Shown piece after piece: positions 58,875-64,000 of a stretch of DNA of 64,000 nt. The DNA comes from Planctomycetota bacterium (GTDB taxonomy: Bacteria; Planctomycetota; Planctomycetia; JALXBF01), in the NCBI GenBank assembly GCA_026991575.1, contig JALXBF010000065.1:1-64000 (forward strand), in the 5' to 3' direction. The notes beneath the pieces were generated by a model. It worked only from the letters and a program-made list of their open reading frames with translations. It searched no databases and had not been told where the DNA came from. The position numbers and the translations under genes are program-made. How positions within the stretch are numbered: position 1 is the stretch's first letter; each line of letters opens with the position of its first letter.

Positions 58875-59213
58875 ATGGGCCCGCCGGAAGCGATTCAGAT
58901 CCATCGGGACCAACGCGTTGTGGAGATCCGCTGGTCGGCGGATCACGTTTCCGTCTACCCCTTCCGCTGGCTACGGGAACAGTGCGAATGTGCCGCGTGC
59001 AAGAACGAATGGACAGGGGAGCGGCTGGTCAGCCCCGAGCAGGTCCCGGAGGACCTTGGAGTCGAGGGGGCAGAGCTTGTGGGCAACTATGCCCTGCGCA
59101 TCCGATGGAGCGACGGCCACGACACCGGCCTCTACACCTGGGAGCATCTGGCCAGCCTGTGCCGCTGCACACGATGTGAGCGAAAGCAGCGCCAGGGGCC
59201 GGAAATGCAGTAG
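58875..59213 (+). CDS. DUF971 / gamma-butyrobetaine hydroxylase N-terminal-like small metal-binding protein
   Basis: IRWSADH, LREQCECAAC, VGNYALRIRWSDGHDTGLYTWEHL. Confidence 0.88.
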   Translation: MGPPEAIQIHRDQRVVEIRWSADHVSVYPFRWLREQCECAACKNEWTGERLVSPEQVPEDLGVEGAELVGNYALRIRWSDGHDTGLYTWEHLASLCRCTRCERKQRQGPEMQ

Positions 59214-59261
59214 GATGGGAATGATGCCTGGAGCTTGCGCATCATACTGGCGGGGAGCGAA

Positions 59262-59777
59262 GTGGCTGATCGCCACGCTGTGATCGTAGAACTCGTGGAG
59301 CGGCACTACGAGGCCGTGTACCGGTTCGCGTTCCGGCTCAGCGGTAACGCTCAGGATGCGGCCGAACTGACGCAGGAAGCGTTCTGCCGCGCGCAGGAGC
59401 GAATCGACCAGCTAAAGGCCCGCTCCAGCGCCCGGGGATGGCTGTACACCATCGTGCGAAACCTGTACGTGCAACGGTGCCGGCGGCCCCGGGCTGTCGA
59501 GCTGGACCAGCCGGAGGCCATTGCCGACCCGCGATCGACCGCGGAATTGGACAGCGGTGAGCTTGATGCGGCGAAGGTCCAGGCGGCGCTGGATCAACTG
59601 CCGGAAGAGTTTAGAACCCCGCTGGTGCTGTACTACTTTGGCGAGCATTCCTACCGAGAGATCGCGGAGATCTTAGGGATTCCGATCGGCACGGTCATGA
59701 GTCGGCTGTCGCGGGGTAAGGCGAAGTTGCGCTTGTTGCTTGGCCTGGCACCGGCGCATAGCCAGAGAGAGGCGTAG
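59262..59777 (+). CDS. ECF-type RNA polymerase sigma factor
   Basis: VYRFAFRLSG, DAAELTQEAF, WLYTIVRN, SYREIAEILGIPIGTVMSRLSRG. Confidence 0.92.
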   Translation: MADRHAVIVELVERHYEAVYRFAFRLSGNAQDAAELTQEAFCRAQERIDQLKARSSARGWLYTIVRNLYVQRCRRPRAVELDQPEAIADPRSTAELDSGELDAAKVQAALDQLPEEFRTPLVLYYFGEHSYREIAEILGIPIGTVMSRLSRGKAKLRLLLGLAPAHSQREA

Positions 59778-59778
59778 C

Positions 59779-60618
59779 ATGCGATGTGAGGAAGCACGAC
59801 GTTGGATGGAGCTTGCACGCGATGTCCCCAGCAGGGACGGCGATTCCATGGACGGCGTCCGACGTCTGTTAGACGAGCATCTCGCGCAGTGCGCCAATTG
59901 CCGTCACTATCGCGAATGGCTCCAGCAGACAGACGAACTCATCGGTCGAGCCGTCCGGAATGTGGCCGTGCCTCCCGAGCTCAAGGGCCGGCTGCTGTCG
60001 AGGCTGGCTGAACGGCCGGCGGTTCTGTCACTCGGCACGACCATTCTGCGGCGTCGTCTGGTGTGGTTCGCCGCGGCAGCAGCCGTGATCGTTGCTGTGC
60101 TGGGCCTGTACTGGCTCGGGCGCCCGAGTGGCGTGCCTGTGGTCGAGCTCAGCGAAGAAGCGCTGCTGCGGAGCCTGGAAGGGTTGAGACCTGCATGGGA
60201 TCAGCTGCCACGCGGCGCGACCAGCGAGCAAACCTGGGCCGACTGGAGCAATCGTGTTCTGGGCACCGAGCTACCCTGGCCATGGGCCGGCCGCAGCGTG
60301 CAGCTGGTGCGCACCGGCCGGTGCACGGTCCAAGGGTCGGTCGCCTATGTGACGGAGTGGCGGTTTAGCGACACGGCCCATTGGCTGGTGGTGCTGCCCG
60401 CAACTCGCTACTCTGTGCCCGTTGCATTTGACGGCAGACCACGCGTCTTGAAAGACTCTCAAAGCCTTTCCGTTGTGGTCTGGCGAAACAAGCTTGCCTG
60501 TTATGCCGTCGTGTACCGGGGTCCTCTTTATGAGATCGAGCCGGTGCTGCCGCGCCGCGCACCGACAAGGCGGGTCGTCACCGGTCCGGTGAAGTTCGCC
60601 GGTCGACGAACCGCATAA
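59779..60618 (+). CDS. Zinc-finger (ZAS, HxxxCxxC) transmembrane anti-sigma factor
   Basis: MRCEEA...HLAQCANC, single TM helix, directly after the ECF sigma gene. Confidence 0.82.
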   Translation: MRCEEARRWMELARDVPSRDGDSMDGVRRLLDEHLAQCANCRHYREWLQQTDELIGRAVRNVAVPPELKGRLLSRLAERPAVLSLGTTILRRRLVWFAAAAAVIVAVLGLYWLGRPSGVPVVELSEEALLRSLEGLRPAWDQLPRGATSEQTWADWSNRVLGTELPWPWAGRSVQLVRTGRCTVQGSVAYVTEWRFSDTAHWLVVLPATRYSVPVAFDGRPRVLKDSQSLSVVVWRNKLACYAVVYRGPLYEIEPVLPRRAPTRRVVTGPVKFAGRRTA

Positions 60619-60844
60619 GGGGCCCGGCCTCCCGGCTTCCTGGTGAGAGACGACCGGTTGACGGGAGTGAACGATTGAGTGTGCTGGCAGCTGGTACGCC
60701 AGGCCGCCCGCTAACGGATTGCAAACGCACGCCTCAGGTGCCGGTTGCTACGGGCCAGCACGTACGGCGGAGTTTGCGGGCCGGCTTCGTGGCAGGGACG
60801 GGGAGCGAGCGCTGGCTGCCGCCGCGCCTTGCGGCAAGCCGGGC

Positions 60845-61942
60845 CTACTGACGGCTATCCTCCCACACTTGGAATGGGTCCGGACCGTAGAGCTTCTTTT
60901 CCTCCTCGGTCGGTTCACGCAACGGGCGTACGACCCGGAATCCGACGAAGATCGCGTCCGTGTGGTACCACATGCTTTGCGGGAGCTGGGGATCCTGAAT
61001 CTTCCACTCTGGGTCTGAGCCGCGTCGGGCGGCACTGCGGCACATCTCCGGGTCATCGTCCCACGACCCGCCACGTACGACGCGCGGGTAGAGTTTCGTC
61101 GGCTTCGCGTACGGGTTCTTAACCGGTTTGTTCGGATCGAATCGCTTGTAGAAATCGGGGATGTACTGATCCAGACACCACTCGGCCACGTTGCCGTGCA
61201 TGTCGTAGAGACCCCACGGATTTGGTTTTTTCTGGCCAACCTTGTGGTACCGCTCGTCGCTGTTCTCGAAGTACCACCCGTACTCGTCCAGCAGTTCCGG
61301 ATCGTCGCCGAACGAGTAGGCCGTCGTCGTGCCGGCACGGCAGGCGTACTCCCATTCGGCTTCCGTAGGTAGCCGATAGTAGCGGCCGGTCTTGGCCGTG
61401 AGCCACTGGCAGTAGACTTTTGCCGCCAGCTGCGTCATGCAGATGGCCGGGTAGCCCTCCTTGCCCATGCCGAACGTCATGTCCGTGTACGGCTTAGTTG
61501 GGCGAGTCACTGCGTCGGCCCGCTTGTCCAGCAGCGTGGGCGGCTGGCCGGTGAGTTTGCGGCGTGCGATGTCCAGGCTGAACATCCAGATCTCGTACTC
61601 GTCCCAAGTGACCTCGCACTTCCCCATCCAGAACGGCTCGACGGTCACCGGATGCTGAGGACCTTCGTCCTCGTTGCGGCCTTCCTCGTCCTCGGGGCTA
61701 CCCATCATGAACGTACCACCGGGAATCGGTACCATGTCGAACGTCACGTTGGTACCACTGATGACCTCCGTGTACGGCTTCATTTCCGCTTCCGTCTTCG
61801 CCTCGGCGTCCGGGATGACCAGGACGCCGCGCTTCTCGTCGACCTTATACTGCACTTGGGCTACACCGGGCACGAGAACCGTCACCCAGCCGAGCAGGAG
61901 TGCCGCGGCGATCAACAGGTTCTTGACCAACCCAACAACCAT
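60845..61942 (-). CDS. Exported FGE-sulfatase (SUMF1-fold) domain protein; start uncertain
   Basis: [57 protein letters not shown]; signal-like N-terminus. Confidence 0.88.
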   Translation of the reverse strand: MVVGLVKNLLIAAALLLGWVTVLVPGVAQVQYKVDEKRGVLVIPDAEAKTEAEMKPYTEVISGTNVTFDMVPIPGGTFMMGSPEDEEGRNEDEGPQHPVTVEPFWMGKCEVTWDEYEIWMFSLDIARRKLTGQPPTLLDKRADAVTRPTKPYTDMTFGMGKEGYPAICMTQLAAKVYCQWLTAKTGRYYRLPTEAEWEYACRAGTTTAYSFGDDPELLDEYGWYFENSDERYHKVGQKKPNPWGLYDMHGNVAEWCLDQYIPDFYKRFDPNKPVKNPYAKPTKLYPRVVRGGSWDDDPEMCRSAARRGSDPEWKIQDPQLPQSMWYHTDAIFVGFRVVRPLREPTEEEKKLYGPDPFQVWEDSRQ

Positions 61943-61985
61943 GCGGGCACTACGGTTCCGCTGCCACTGCTCAGAGGACAGCACC

Positions 61986-63095
61986 GTGACTGCTTCGCGC
62001 AGCAAGCGTTTCTGGGCTCTCGTATGCATCGCTCTCCACTCGTGCTTGGTCGTGCTTCTCGCGTTCGTCCTGGTGGGCCAGATTGACGGCGGGGAAGGCG
62101 ACCGATCCATGGAGGCCGGAGGTGGTCTGAAGCGGTACGTTCGCACTGAACCTCACATGGGAACGTACTTCACGATCATTCTATATGCCCCCGACTCGGA
62201 AGCAGCCGAAGCGGCTTTCCACGCCGGATTTCAGCGGATTCGCCGGTTGGACGAGATCTTCAGTGATTACCGCCCGGACAGTGAGCTGAACCGGTTGTGC
62301 CGGCAGGCCGGGGCGGGCCCGGTGCACGTGAGTCGCGAGCTGTTCGAGGTGCTGACGCTGGCCCGCCGTGTCTCGGAAGCCAGCAGGGGGGCGTTTGACG
62401 TGACGGTCAAGCCGGTCGTCCGGCTCTGGAGGCGTGCCCGTCGCCAGCGCCGGCCGCCTTCGCAGGCTCGCTTGCGTGCTGCCTTGGAACTGGTCGACTA
62501 CCGCGCGATTGAGCTCGACGCGGCACGCAGAACTGTGCGGCTTCGGCGGCGCGGGATGCGGCTGGACCTCGGCGGCATCGCCAAGGGCTATACGCTTGCT
62601 GCCGTGCTGAGCGAGCTTGCCGCGCGGGGCATCCAGCGGGCGCTGGTGGACGGTGGCGGTGATATCGCTGTGGCCGATCCGCCGCCGAACAAGAACGCGT
62701 GGCGGGTCTTGGTTCCGACGCCGGAGGAAATGAGGGGTGAGCCGGTTATCCTCCGGTTGCGTCACAGTGCGGTCGCGACTTCCGGCGATGCGGAACAGTA
62801 CGTGGTGTTGAACGCTAAGCGGTACTCTCACATCATCGATCCGAGAACGGGTTGGCCTGTGGTCGGTCCCCGCCAGGTAACCGTCGTCCACTCCTGTGCG
62901 ACGCTCGCGGACGCATGGGCCACGGCACTGTCGGTGCTTGAACCCGAAGAGGCGATTGCGCTGGCCGATGCCCGGGGGTTGGCGGCCAGGGTTATCTATT
63001 CGCCCCGCCCTGGTTCGTTCGAGAGTTTGGATAGCAGAGCGTTCCGCAAGCTGGTAAGCTATCAGGTACCCTCCCCCGTGCCGCCCCGCCCCTGA
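61986..63095 (+). CDS. apbE: FAD:protein FMN transferase; start uncertain
   Basis: [54 protein letters not shown]. Confidence 0.93.
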   Translation: MTASRSKRFWALVCIALHSCLVVLLAFVLVGQIDGGEGDRSMEAGGGLKRYVRTEPHMGTYFTIILYAPDSEAAEAAFHAGFQRIRRLDEIFSDYRPDSELNRLCRQAGAGPVHVSRELFEVLTLARRVSEASRGAFDVTVKPVVRLWRRARRQRRPPSQARLRAALELVDYRAIELDAARRTVRLRRRGMRLDLGGIAKGYTLAAVLSELAARGIQRALVDGGGDIAVADPPPNKNAWRVLVPTPEEMRGEPVILRLRHSAVATSGDAEQYVVLNAKRYSHIIDPRTGWPVVGPRQVTVVHSCATLADAWATALSVLEPEEAIALADARGLAARVIYSPRPGSFESLDSRAFRKLVSYQVPSPVPPRP

Positions 63096-63169
63096 AGCGT
63101 TCGCCCGCCTGCGATCCCGTTGGGACGTGGCTGACCTGCTTGATCGGTCGTTTACGGAGGTTTTTCGAG

Positions 63170-64000
63170 ATGGCATCCCAACGCAAGCCATACGATACGC
63201 GCCGTGCGTTTCTCAAGAAAGGTGCAGCAGCAGCGGCCGGTGCGGCTGCTGTCGGTAGCTTGCCGGTGGAACGGTTCGCCCATGCTGCGGGTAGTGATGT
63301 GCTGAAGATTGGTCTGATCGGCTGCGGCGGCCGTGGCACGGGAGCCGTGCGTGACGCGATCCTGAGTGGCCATCCGGTCAAGCTGGTGGCCATGGCGGAC
63401 GCGTTCGACTTCCAGCTTCAAAGGAGCCTGGAGCGACTGCTGGCCAACCCCAAGCTGCGCGACAAGATCGACGTGCCGCCGGATCGGCAGTTCGTGGGCC
63501 TGGATGCGTACAAGTATGTCTGCCAGTCGGATGTAGACGTTGTCATCCTGGCCACGCCGCCGGGCTTCCGGCCGGCGCACTTCGTCGAAGCGGTCAAGAA
63601 CAACAAGCACGTTTTCGCCGAGAAGCCGATTGCAACGGATGCCCCGGGCGTGCGTCAGTTCCTGGCGGCCGTCAAGGAGGCGAAGGCTAAGGGCCTGGGG
63701 GTGGGCATCGGCTTGCAGCGGCACCACCAGAACGTCTACATCGAGACGATGAAGCGGCTCAAGGACGGTGCCATCGGTGACATCAATTTCATGCGGGCGT
63801 ATTGGAACGGTGCTGGTGTGTGGGTGCGAGACCGCAAGCCGGGCATGAACGAGCTGCAGTACCAGGTATGGAACTGGTACTACTTCGTCTGGACCTGTGG
63901 GGACCACATCGTCGAGCAGCACATCCACAACATCGACGTGATCAACTGGTTGAAGGGCACCCATCCGGTCAAGGCACAGGGCCAGGGTGGTCGGCAGGTA
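63170..64000 (+). CDS. Tat-exported Gfo/Idh/MocA oxidoreductase; 3' end runs off the window
   Basis: Absent from the ORF track; hand translation MASQRKPYDTRRAFLKKGAAAAAG...IGLIGCGGRGTGA...HVFAEKP...GDHIVEQHIHNID; SD GGAGG. Confidence 0.88.
   Translation, partial: MASQRKPYDTRRAFLKKGAAAAAGAAAVGSLPVERFAHAAGSDVLKIGLIGCGGRGTGAVRDAILSGHPVKLVAMADAFDFQLQRSLERLLANPKLRDKIDVPPDRQFVGLDAYKYVCQSDVDVVILATPPGFRPAHFVEAVKNNKHVFAEKPIATDAPGVRQFLAAVKEAKAKGLGVGIGLQRHHQNVYIETMKRLKDGAIGDINFMRAYWNGAGVWVRDRKPGMNELQYQVWNWYYFVWTCGDHIVEQHIHNIDVINWLKGTHPVKAQGQGGRQV

Noticed and set aside
62181..63964. Long minus-strand ORFs (336 aa and 270 aa) and similar antisense ORFs across the window
   Set aside because: Shadows of well-supported genes on the opposite strand, typical of high-GC DNA, with no family motifs

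Overview
GC-rich bacterial chromosomal window. The gene content (PVC-type haem-c CxxCH dehydrogenases, DUF3500, thioredoxin-trypsin fusion, sulfatase, ThiS-ThiG fusion) points to a Planctomycetota genome; this is inference. About 45 genes are supported: a sugar-catabolism block (GH38-like partial gene, two large haem-c dehydrogenases, DUF885, KdgK-like kinase, SDR), hemE/hemH, purC/aroC, two GT-C membrane proteins, three sigma54 activators, ahcY, parA/parB with a candidate parS, fabF-like, DinG helicase, thiS-thiG, a TroABCD/YtgABCD-type metal ABC operon, an ECF/anti-sigma pair and an FGE-fold/ApbE/Tat-oxidoreductase cluster. No rRNA, tRNA, CRISPR array, transposase or integrase was recognised. 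Best leads: (1) a Tat-signal peroxiredoxin split by the ORF track at an in-frame TGA that sits at the peroxidatic Cys position and is followed by a SECIS-like hairpin, so probably a selenoprotein; (2) a tandem sigma54-activator pair in which one keeps GAFTGA but has lost the Walker B and sensor II residues while the other keeps the ATPase motifs; (3) an FGE-fold protein beside ApbE with a flavinylation-like DAVTRPT motif; (4) a sigma54-like promoter followed by two long hairpins in a gene-free region. All family calls come from motif recognition by eye, not database searches, and many start codons were re-picked by hand.
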